The translations under genes and the position numbers were made by a program. The notes beneath the pieces are model-generated. The model saw only the letters and a program-made list of their open reading frames with translations. It was not told the DNA's origin and searched no databases. Positions 1-7,307 of a stretch of 15,792 bases of DNA are shown in pieces. Source of the stretch: a bacterium (GTDB lineage Bacteria; RBG-13-61-14; DATKZS01); the NCBI GenBank assembly GCA_046484135.1, contig JAWOBU010000033.1, forward strand, positions 1-15,792, written 5' to 3'. How positions within the stretch are numbered: the first letter of the stretch is position 1; each line of letters begins with the position of its first letter.

Positions 1-3000
1 GAGGAGGCGGAGATCGAGGGCGTAAACATCCGGAACCTGATGGCCCCCGTCAAGATACTGGGAGAGAACGGCAAGGTCACCGGAATCGAGCTTATGAAGA
101 TGGAGCTGGGTGAGCCGGACCAGAGCGGCCGCAGAAGGCCGGTACCAGTTGAAGGCAGCAACTTCCAGGTCGAGTGCGACGCCGTGATCGCGGCCATATC
201 CCAGGAGCCCGAGATCGAGCCAGCCAAGGACGGAGGGCTCGACACCAACCGCTGGAACTGCATCCAAACCGACGAGGTGACCCTCGAGACCAACATGGAA
301 GGGGTGTTCGCGGGCGGAGATGTGGTGTCCGGGCCGTCCACCGTGGTCCAGGCCATCGGCATGGGAAGGGACGCTGCCGAGTCCATCCACCGCTATCTGC
401 GGGGAATGGACCTGAAGGACCGGCCCGCCAAGGTCACCGACCGCGAGAAGTACATAAGAGACATCGAGGGGCTGGAGAAATGCCCCCGCGCCGAGATGCC
501 CAAACTGCCGGTGGAAGAGCGGATCAAGAACTTCAATGAAGTGGAGCTCGGCTTCAGCGAGGAGCAGGCGTTGGAGGAGGCCTCCCGGTGCCTCGACTGC
601 GCCGGCTGCTGCGAGTGCATGCTTTGCGAAAAGGCTTGCGAGGCTGACGCAGTGGATCACTTCCAGACCGGAGGCACCTTTGACTACCAAGTGGGATCGG
701 TCATTCTTTCCCCCGGCTGCGACCGGTACGACCCTGCCAAGAAAGCGGAGCTCGGCTATAAACGGTGGCCGAACGTTATAACCTCGATCCAGTTCGAGCG
801 CATCCTGTCAGCCTCCGGACCCTACCAGGGCGAGATCAAAAGACCGGGCGACGGAAAGCACCCGGAAAAGGTCGCCTGGATCCAATGCGTGGGCTCCCGC
901 GACCCCCATAACGCCAACCCCTGGTGCTCGTCCGTGTGCTGCATGTACGCCACCAAGCAGGCCATCATCGCCAAGGAACACGACGACCGCATAAACCCCA
1001 CCGTCTTCTACATGGAGATGAGGGCCTTTGGAAAGGACTTCGACAAGTACGTGGACCGTGCCCGGAACGAGTACGACGTGCGCTACCAGCGGTCCATGAT
1101 TTCCATGGTCAGGGAAGAGCCCGGCACCGGCGACCTGATGCTGAGATATGCCAAAGAAGACGGGACACTGGTGGACGAAAAGTTCGACATGGTGATCCTT
1201 TCCATCGGCTTCGAGCCCAGGAAGGACGCCATCGAGTTCGCCCAAGCTTTCGGAATCGAACCCGACAAGTACGGGTTCGCCAAGACCTCGGCCTTCCAGC
1301 CGGTGGATACCACCCGGCCGGGAGTGTTTGTAACCGGGACCTACCAGGGACCGAAGGACATTCCCGAGACAGTGAGCCAGGGAAGCGCGGTTGCGGGCGA
1401 AGCCATGGCGCTTCTGGGAGAAGCCCGCCACACCGAGACCATAACCAAGGACCTTCCCCCGGAAAAGGACGTGGGAGCAGAGGAACCCAGGATAGGGGTG
1501 TTCGTCTGCCACTGCGGGATCAACATCGCCCAGACCGTGGACCCGGAGGCAGTGGTGGAAGCGGTAAAAGACCGGCCCGGCGTCGCCCACGCGGAAAACG
1601 TGCTCTATGCCTGCTCCGCGGACACCCAGGAAAAGATAAAAGAGCTGGTCCGGGAGAAGAACCTGAACCGGGTGCTGGTGGCCTCCTGCACGCCCCGGAC
1701 CCACGAGCCGCTCTTCCAGGACACCATCCGGGACGCGGGCCTTAACAAGTACCTGTTCGAGCTGGCCGACATCCGGGAGCAGTGCTCCTGGTGCCACATG
1801 GGCCAGAACGAGGTCGCCACCAGGAAAGCCATCGAGATAACCAAGATGAACCTGGCCAAGGTGGCCAACCTCCAACCCGTCCAGACCGACTCGGTGGATG
1901 TCAACTCGTCAGCCATGGTCATAGGAGGCGGCGTCTCCGGCATGACCGCGTCCCTGTCCCTGGCGGAGCAGGGATTTGACGTGCACATAGTCGAGAAGGA
2001 ACAGGAACTGGGCGGCCTGGCCAAAAACCTCCGTCGCCTCCTGGACGGCAGCGACGTGCAGGAGTATTTGAGAGGACAGATCGAAAGGGTCAAAAACCAT
2101 CCCCGCATCACCGTTCACACCGGGGTCAAAATAAAGAACACCGACGGGTACGTGGGCAACTTCAAAACCACGCTTTCCGACGGGACCGCGTTCGAGCACG
2201 GCGCCATCATTGTCGCCATCGGAGGCACCGAGTACCAGCCCACCGAGTACATGTACGGCCAGAATGACCGGGTCATGACCCAGCGGGAACTCGAGAACCG
2301 GCTGGAAGACCAGAAGCCCTCCGGCGGACAGACCTACGTGATGATCCAGTGCGTGGGCTCCCGGGAGGCCCCCAACAACTACTGTAGCCGCGTCTGTTGC
2401 CAGGACGCCATCAAGAACGCCATCGCCATCAAAGAAAGCGATCCCTCGGCCAACGTGGTCATACTGTATCGGGACATCCGGACCTACGGCCTGCGGGAGG
2501 ACTTCTACAAAAAGGCCCGCGACCTCGGCGTCATGTTCGTCCGCTATGAAGTAGACAACAAGCCGGAAGTGGACTCCGCGGGAGACAAGGTCAAGGTCAA
2601 GGCCTGGGATTACATGCTGAACCGGGAGATCGAGATCATGGCCGACTACCTGGTGCTGTCCACCGGGTTCCGGCCCCATGAATCCGCGGAGGACATCGGA
2701 AAGATATACAAGCTCACCCGGAACGAGGACGGCTACTTCCTGGAGGCCCACGTAAAGCTCCGGCCGGTGGACTTTCCGTCGGAAGGGATATATCTTTGCG
2801 GCCTGGTGCACGCGCCCAAGAACCTGGACGAGACCATCAGCCAGGCCATGGCCGCGGCAGGTCGGGCCGGAGTGCTCCTGTCCCATGACCGGCTGGGTGT
2901 TTCCGGCATCATCAGCAAGCATAACCGGGACATCTGCATGTCCTGCCTGTCCTGCTTCCGGGTGTGTCCGTTTGACTCGCCCTACATTGACGAGGACGGC

Positions 3001-3144
3001 AAGGTGAGCCACAACGAGGTCAAGTGCATGGGCTGCGGCATCTGCGCCGGGGTCTGTCCGGCCAAGGCTTTCCAGGTCAACAACTTCCGGGACGACCAGA
3101 TCGAGGCCATGATAGACGCGGCCACCGAAGAAGCATGTTCGTAA
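1..3144 (+). CDS. hdrA: HdrL-type heterodisulfide reductase subunit A-like multidomain flavoprotein (GltD/NfnB-like pyridine-nucleotide oxidoreductase part + ferredoxin motifs + two HdrA modules); 5' end lies upstream of the window
   Basis: Frame 1 is open from base 1 (EEAEIEGVNIRNLMAP...), so ATG 40 is internal. GltD-like C-terminal motifs (LGEPDQSGRRRPVP, GVFAGGD, NFNEVELG, EASRCLDC); CCECMLCEKAC ferredoxin motif; two copies of IQCVGSR..CSxVCC; HdrA N-terminal GVFVCHCG, VASCTPRTHE, IREQCSWCH; GGGVSG FAD motif; C-terminal CMSCLSCFRVCP / CMGCGICAGVCP. Confidence 0.92.
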   Translation, partial: EEAEIEGVNIRNLMAPVKILGENGKVTGIELMKMELGEPDQSGRRRPVPVEGSNFQVECDAVIAAISQEPEIEPAKDGGLDTNRWNCIQTDEVTLETNMEGVFAGGDVVSGPSTVVQAIGMGRDAAESIHRYLRGMDLKDRPAKVTDREKYIRDIEGLEKCPRAEMPKLPVEERIKNFNEVELGFSEEQALEEASRCLDCAGCCECMLCEKACEADAVDHFQTGGTFDYQVGSVILSPGCDRYDPAKKAELGYKRWPNVITSIQFERILSASGPYQGEIKRPGDGKHPEKVAWIQCVGSRDPHNANPWCSSVCCMYATKQAIIAKEHDDRINPTVFYMEMRAFGKDFDKYVDRARNEYDVRYQRSMISMVREEPGTGDLMLRYAKEDGTLVDEKFDMVILSIGFEPRKDAIEFAQAFGIEPDKYGFAKTSAFQPVDTTRPGVFVTGTYQGPKDIPETVSQGSAVAGEAMALLGEARHTETITKDLPPEKDVGAEEPRIGVFVCHCGINIAQTVDPEAVVEAVKDRPGVAHAENVLYACSADTQEKIKELVREKNLNRVLVASCTPRTHEPLFQDTIRDAGLNKYLFELADIREQCSWCHMGQNEVATRKAIEITKMNLAKVANLQPVQTDSVDVNSSAMVIGGGVSGMTASLSLAEQGFDVHIVEKEQELGGLAKNLRRLLDGSDVQEYLRGQIERVKNHPRITVHTGVKIKNTDGYVGNFKTTLSDGTAFEHGAIIVAIGGTEYQPTEYMYGQNDRVMTQRELENRLEDQKPSGGQTYVMIQCVGSREAPNNYCSRVCCQDAIKNAIAIKESDPSANVVILYRDIRTYGLREDFYKKARDLGVMFVRYEVDNKPEVDSAGDKVKVKAWDYMLNREIEIMADYLVLSTGFRPHESAEDIGKIYKLTRNEDGYFLEAHVKLRPVDFPSEGIYLCGLVHAPKNLDETISQAMAAAGRAGVLLSHDRLGVSGIISKHNRDICMSCLSCFRVCPFDSPYIDEDGKVSHNEVKCMGCGICAGVCPAKAFQVNNFRDDQIEAMIDAATEEACS

Positions 3145-3191
3145 AAAGCTTTGATACGTGATTCCCCTAGAGTTTAAGGAGGGTGTAAATA

Positions 3192-3695
3192 ATGACGGAA
3201 CAAGCGGAAGCTGCGCAAGCGGAGGAGAAGTCCTCCGTTGAAGCGCCGCGGGAGGCTCCACCGGGGTGGGAGCCCAACATCCTGGCCTTTGCCTGCCACT
3301 ACTGCGCGTTCGCCGCGGCCGACCTGGCGGGGGTGATGCGGCTCTCATACCCCCCTAACGTCAAGATCATCCGGCTGCCCTGCACCGGCAAGCTGGACCA
3401 TTACTACGTGCTGCGGGCGTTCGAGCGGGGAGTGGACGGCGTTTTCGTGGCCGGGTGACTGCCCGGGCAGTGTCATTTCCTGGAAGGAAATACGAACGCG
3501 AGAAAAAGGGTGGACTACCTTAAAACCCGGCTGCCGGAAGTAGGCGTTGACCCGGCGCGGCTCGAGATGTACAACCTGTCCGCGGCCGAAGGTCCGACCT
3601 GGGCCAGAATCTGTACCGAGTTTACGGAAAGGATAAAAAACCTGGGCCCGTCCCCCATCTGGTGGGCCATGCGCGAGCGGCCCGGCAAGGAGTGA
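3192..3695 (+). CDS. mvhD: MvhD/FlpD [2Fe-2S] subunit, selenocysteine-containing (167 aa, Sec at codon 89)
   Basis: ORFs 3192..3458 and 3510..3695 are in the same frame. Reading through TGA 3456-3458 gives GVDGVFVAG-U-LPGQCHFLEGNTNARKRVDYLK, matching the MvhD consensus GADGVxVxGCxxGxCHyxxGN with TGA at the conserved Cys. Also FACHYC, IRLPCTGK, LSAAEG..LGPSP motifs; AAGGAGG RBS upstream. Confidence 0.93.
3472..3493 (+). promoter_or_regulatory. Putative bacterial SECIS hairpin
   Basis: GT-c-ATTTCCT-GGA-AGGAAAT-AC: perfect 7-bp stem 3475-3481/3485-3491, G-starting apical loop 23 nt downstream of the in-frame TGA, bulged C then 2 more pairs. Fits the general bacterial SECIS model (hairpin just 3' of UGA with G at the loop start). 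Confidence 0.72.
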
Positions 3696-3701
3696 GTACA
3701 A

Positions 3702-4403
3702 ATGATTGTGGGAAAGCAAAAACCGTTGGACGAAGTGTGGGAGATGATAAAGGATTATAACAAGGTCCTGGTCTTCGGTTGCAACACCTGCGTGGCGGTC
3801 TGTCACGAGGGCGGCAACAAGGAAGCCGAGATCATGGGTTCCATGCTCCGGATGAAGGCCAAGCAGGAAGGCTCGAACATCGAGATCACGGACAGCGGCA
3901 TCGAACGCCAGTGCGAGCACGAGTACTTCGAACAGGCCCGGGAACGGATCGAAGAGGCTGACGCTGTACTCTCGCTGGCCTGCGGAGCCGGAGTGCAGTT
4001 CCTGGGAGAGAAGTTTCCCCATAAGCCGGTGCTGCCCGGCCTTAACACCACCTTTATCGGGGTGGTGGACGAGCCGGGCGTATTCTCGGAGCGGTGCCTC
4101 ATGTGCGGAGACTGCATCCTCCATCTCACCGGCGGGGTCTGCCCCATCGCCCGTTGCTCCAAGTCGCTCTTGAACGGGCCCTGCGGCGGGTCGGAAAACG
4201 GCAAGTGCGAGATAAATCCGGACGTGCCCTGCGGCTGGCAGCTTATTTATGACCGGCTCAAGGAGCAGGGGAGGCTCGAGCTCTTAGACGAGGTCATCCC
4301 TGCCAAGAACTGGGTATCATCGCGGGACGGCGGGCCGAGAAAGCAGGTGCGCGAAGATATTATGCAGACCAGGGAGGAGGCGTCCGATGGCCAAGCAGAG
4401 TAA
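3702..4403 (+). CDS. metV: MetV, Fe-S/zinc-binding subunit of methylenetetrahydrofolate reductase (MTHFR C-terminal domain family)
   Basis: GCNTCVAVC, ERQCE, LACGAGVQ, CLMCGDC, VCPIARCSKSLLNGPCGG, CE..PCGW motifs; directly upstream of and overlapping metF. Confidence 0.9.
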   Translation: MIVGKQKPLDEVWEMIKDYNKVLVFGCNTCVAVCHEGGNKEAEIMGSMLRMKAKQEGSNIEITDSGIERQCEHEYFEQARERIEEADAVLSLACGAGVQFLGEKFPHKPVLPGLNTTFIGVVDEPGVFSERCLMCGDCILHLTGGVCPIARCSKSLLNGPCGGSENGKCEINPDVPCGWQLIYDRLKEQGRLELLDEVIPAKNWVSSRDGGPRKQVREDIMQTREEASDGQAE

Positions 4404-5346
4404 TCTCGAACGGGTATTCAACGAAGGGACCTTTGCCGTTACCGGAGAGCTGGGGCCCAAGCGGGGAGTGGATGTCGAGCACTTCAAGGAAATGGCCGAG
4501 CTCATAAAACCGCACTGCGACGCCTTTAACATCACCGACAACCAGACCGCGGTGGTCAGGATGTCGTCCATGGGCGCCGGCATCATGCTGACCCAGATGG
4601 ACATGGACCCGGTCGTACAGATCGTAACCCGCGACCGGAACCGGCTCGCCATCCAGGCGGACGTGCTGGGGGCCGCCGCCCACGGCATCATGAACGTGCT
4701 CGCCATCTCCGGAGACCACCAGACAATGGGCAATCATCCGGGAGCCAAGAACGTCCACGACCTCGACTCCATGCAGCTCCTCCAGTGCCTCGCCGGGCTC
4801 CGGGAAGGAAAGTTCATGAACGGAGAAGACCTGGAGACCGAGCCGCCTCACCTGTTCATCGGGGCCGCGGCAAACCCGTTCGGCCATCCCATGGAGTTCC
4901 GCGTCTCCAGGCTGGCCAAGAAGATAAACGCGGGCGCCCAGTTCATCCAGACCCAGCCCGTGTTCGCCATGGACATCTTCAAGAAGTACATGGAGGAGGC
5001 CAGGAACCGCGGCCTTCATGAAAAGACCCACATCATGGCCGGTATCATCCCCATGAAGGGCGTTCTGATGGCCAAGTACATGCGCGACAACGTCGCCGGT
5101 GTCATCGTTCCCGACGAAAAAGTCGAGCGGCTCCAGAAGTCCGCGGAAGGCATCGAGGAGAAACAGGAGCGGATCAAGAAGATCAGGGCCGAGGGCGTAA
5201 AGATAGCCGCTGAGGAGATAAACCAGGTCATGGAGATACCCGGCGTGCACGGCGTCCACATCATGGCGGTGGCCTGGGAGGAGATCATCCCCGAGGTCAT
5301 TAAAGAAGCGGGCCTGGACAAGGAAAGACCGAAGTACAAAAACTGA
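4387..5346 (+). CDS. metF: 5,10-methylenetetrahydrofolate reductase
   Basis: TGELGP, NITDNQ, TRDRNRLAIQ, LAISGD, KKINAGAQFIQTQPVF, GVHIM motifs; GGAGG RBS; 17-nt overlap with metV. Confidence 0.95.
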   Translation: MAKQSNLERVFNEGTFAVTGELGPKRGVDVEHFKEMAELIKPHCDAFNITDNQTAVVRMSSMGAGIMLTQMDMDPVVQIVTRDRNRLAIQADVLGAAAHGIMNVLAISGDHQTMGNHPGAKNVHDLDSMQLLQCLAGLREGKFMNGEDLETEPPHLFIGAAANPFGHPMEFRVSRLAKKINAGAQFIQTQPVFAMDIFKKYMEEARNRGLHEKTHIMAGIIPMKGVLMAKYMRDNVAGVIVPDEKVERLQKSAEGIEEKQERIKKIRAEGVKIAAEEINQVMEIPGVHGVHIMAVAWEEIIPEVIKEAGLDKERPKYKN

Positions 5347-5368
5347 TTGAAGCCGCCAAGGCGCTTAC

Positions 5369-5397
5369 AAGCCCTGCCAGAGCGGCGGGGCTTTTTT
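5369..5397 (+). terminator. Intrinsic (rho-independent) terminator of the hdr-mvhD-metVF operon
   Basis: AAGCCCTGCC-agagc-GGCGGGGCTT stem (one G-U pair) running into TTTTTT, 22 nt after the metF stop. Confidence 0.85.
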
Positions 5398-5426
5398 GTG
5401 CCTTCTCGTGAGAGTTGGTTTGCAAT

Positions 5427-6023
5427 TTATAATTCCTTTAAGATTCTCTCCATTCTTTTAAAACTCGGAAGGAACTCCCGAATATTATCAGGAGATATCT
5501 TGCCCAAAATCCTGAATGATCGTTTGCCTTTGGCATATGCATTCGAACATTCTCGTGTTGCTTGAACAAGGCTTTCCTGTATCTCATGATGGTCCCGTTG
5601 TTCCATCTCGTTCAAAGGAGGCAAAGCTGAAATTTGCAACTTACTTCCATAGTGTTCCTTTAAAGTGTCTCGATCAGAAACGATCCAGGTCTCCATGCAC
5701 GTTGTCATGAATAATACTTGCTTGTCTTCGGCATGATTCGGCTTTAGCCAACCGTCATGCCGATTGAGATGTTCCCATGTTTTTTCCAGGTCATAAACCG
5801 GCTTTTCACTGTCAATCAACATGGCTACATACATAACTTTGCCGCTGTAATGGGCGGTTTTAAAATCCTCGAAAGCCGAATTTCGTCCCCCACAAGCCAC
5901 AAGTCGGGGCATTTTATTCTTAAAGCTTGATGCTTCTAAAAGTTTCCGGAAACCTTCACGGCAACGCACCTTTAAGTCCTTTGAATCCCCTCCTCCCTCC
6001 AGATAAACGACCGCTTTCACCAT
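5427..6023 (-). CDS. DUF4276-like protein (TOPRIM-like acidic motifs), partner of the upstream ATPase
   Basis: 198-aa ORF with VYLEGGG, ACGGR..AF, MLIDSE, METW..DR, YAKGKRSF motifs that I recognise as DUF4276-like; ATG overlaps the ATPase stop (ATGGTGA) with GGAGG 6 nt upstream. Family assignment is from motif recall, not a search. Confidence 0.75.
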   Translation of the reverse strand: MVKAVVYLEGGGDSKDLKVRCREGFRKLLEASSFKNKMPRLVACGGRNSAFEDFKTAHYSGKVMYVAMLIDSEKPVYDLEKTWEHLNRHDGWLKPNHAEDKQVLFMTTCMETWIVSDRDTLKEHYGSKLQISALPPLNEMEQRDHHEIQESLVQATRECSNAYAKGKRSFRILGKISPDNIREFLPSFKRMERILKEL

Positions 6024-7195
6024 CTGGTGCCTCCAATTTCACCTTTCAGCCATAATTGGCCTAAGCGGTATTTTTCAAGCCATTCGGAAAGCTCGCTTTC
6101 ATCCAAACGCTGCATCAGAGTGCTCTCGTCTTGTTTATTACAGACGATTACCGACTCAGGAGTTTCCGTCAAGGCGTCCACCAGAATGTCCGAATGAGTG
6201 GTTACAATGAGCTGAGTTCGCTCCGACGCCGCAACCATCAGCTCGGCCATACGCGGCAGGACATCAGGATGCAGTCCCAGCTCCGGCTCCTCGATGCATA
6301 CCAGAGGCGGCGGCTCCGGATGACAGAGTATGGCCAACATGCACAAGTACCGGAGGGTGCCGTCTGAGAGCCTTGTGGCGGGAATGCTGAATTTACCTTC
6401 TTCAAGATGAAGCTGGAACCATCCTTCTTTAATTTGAATATTGAAATCGTCAATTCCAGGATAAAGGTAATTCAGCGCGTCAATTATTTCTCGTTTTACA
6501 TATCTACGGAGCGAATTAAGGACGAGTCCCAGGTTTTCGCAAGTCTCGGTCAAATAAAGATCGGAGAAGTCCGCTCTTTGAGGCTGGCGCGGGGCGGTAT
6601 AACGTCCGAAAGACCATTCCCGGTAGATGCGGATGCCCGCATACCTGTCCGTCAAATAGGCAAGCAAAGGATAACGTTCCGGGTCTTTTATCTGAGATAA
6701 TATTGACTGCTCGGGATTTATCATCTCTCGCTGAAGCGGGCGTTCTTCATCACAGTCCCCTTTTCTCTCGAACAAACGAGGGTGGCCGTTCTCCATTTTA
6801 TAAAAATGGTAGGGCTCATTGTACCCCGGATAGGGATCTCGAAATTCTATCTTCTCTTCCGTCATCTCAAATCTCATAGCGTGCTCAACAAAGGAAAAAC
6901 AATGTCTGATAGGCAAGTCTGCTGATTCAGGGCTTCTAATTATAGCTTCTATAGTCGCAGTCGGACTTTTAGCACCTTTCCACAACCAATCGGATACGCC
7001 TCCACCTTCTTTTACCGGAGCGGAAAGGTTTACAGGAGCGGAACGTAAAAGACTTATTGCTTCTAAAAGATTGGACTTGCCCGTGCCGTTCGCACCGATC
7101 AGAACATTGAGAGGACGAAGTTTCAGAGGTTCAGTTTCAGGGCCGAAAGACAAAAGATTCTTTAAAAAAAGCTCCTTGATAAACGGCTCCTTCAT
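6017..7195 (-). CDS. ABC-type (AAA_21/AAA_15, SMC/RecF-like) ATPase
   Basis: Walker A GANGTGKS, signature-like LSDGT, Walker B/D-loop LVCIEEPELGLHP, H-loop IVTTHS, C-terminal LGQLWLKGEIGG. Start moved from GTG 7204 to ATG 7195 because GGAGG (7204-7208) sits 8 nt upstream. Confidence 0.88.
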   Translation of the reverse strand: MKEPFIKELFLKNLLSFGPETEPLKLRPLNVLIGANGTGKSNLLEAISLLRSAPVNLSAPVKEGGGVSDWLWKGAKSPTATIEAIIRSPESADLPIRHCFSFVEHAMRFEMTEEKIEFRDPYPGYNEPYHFYKMENGHPRLFERKGDCDEERPLQREMINPEQSILSQIKDPERYPLLAYLTDRYAGIRIYREWSFGRYTAPRQPQRADFSDLYLTETCENLGLVLNSLRRYVKREIIDALNYLYPGIDDFNIQIKEGWFQLHLEEGKFSIPATRLSDGTLRYLCMLAILCHPEPPPLVCIEEPELGLHPDVLPRMAELMVAASERTQLIVTTHSDILVDALTETPESVIVCNKQDESTLMQRLDESELSEWLEKYRLGQLWLKGEIGGTRW

Positions 7196-7252
7196 AAGAA
7201 ACACCTCCGATATTAGTCGAAATATTTTGAATTATCCGCAAACTATGAGTAC

Positions 7253-7281
7253 ATTGTAACATGGATATTGTTTTAAGGCAG
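7253..7281 (-). promoter_or_regulatory. Putative sigma70 promoter for the ATPase-DUF4276 operon
   Basis: Minus strand reads CTGCCT (7281-7276) - 17 nt - TACAAT (7258-7253), with an extended -10 TGn (TGt-TACAAT). Confidence 0.45.
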
Positions 7282-7307
7282 AAATCATTCCCCTTAAATG
7301 TCTTTCT

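Noticed and set aside
808..3348. Long antisense ORFs 808..1875 and 1909..3348, and off-frame ORF 924..1745
   Set aside because: They shadow the well-supported hdrL gene, show no recognisable motifs, and are expected from GC-rich codon bias.
3192..3695. mvhD as a pseudogene or two separate small genes
   Set aside because: The stop is TGA exactly at a conserved Cys, the frame and motifs continue intact, and a SECIS-like hairpin follows.
3345..5259. Antisense ORFs 3345..4124 and 4360..5259
   Set aside because: Mirror frames of mvhD/metV/metF with no independent coding signal.
5347..5565. 72-aa + strand ORF after metF
   Set aside because: Runs through the terminator and antisense into the DUF4276-like gene; TTG start with no RBS.
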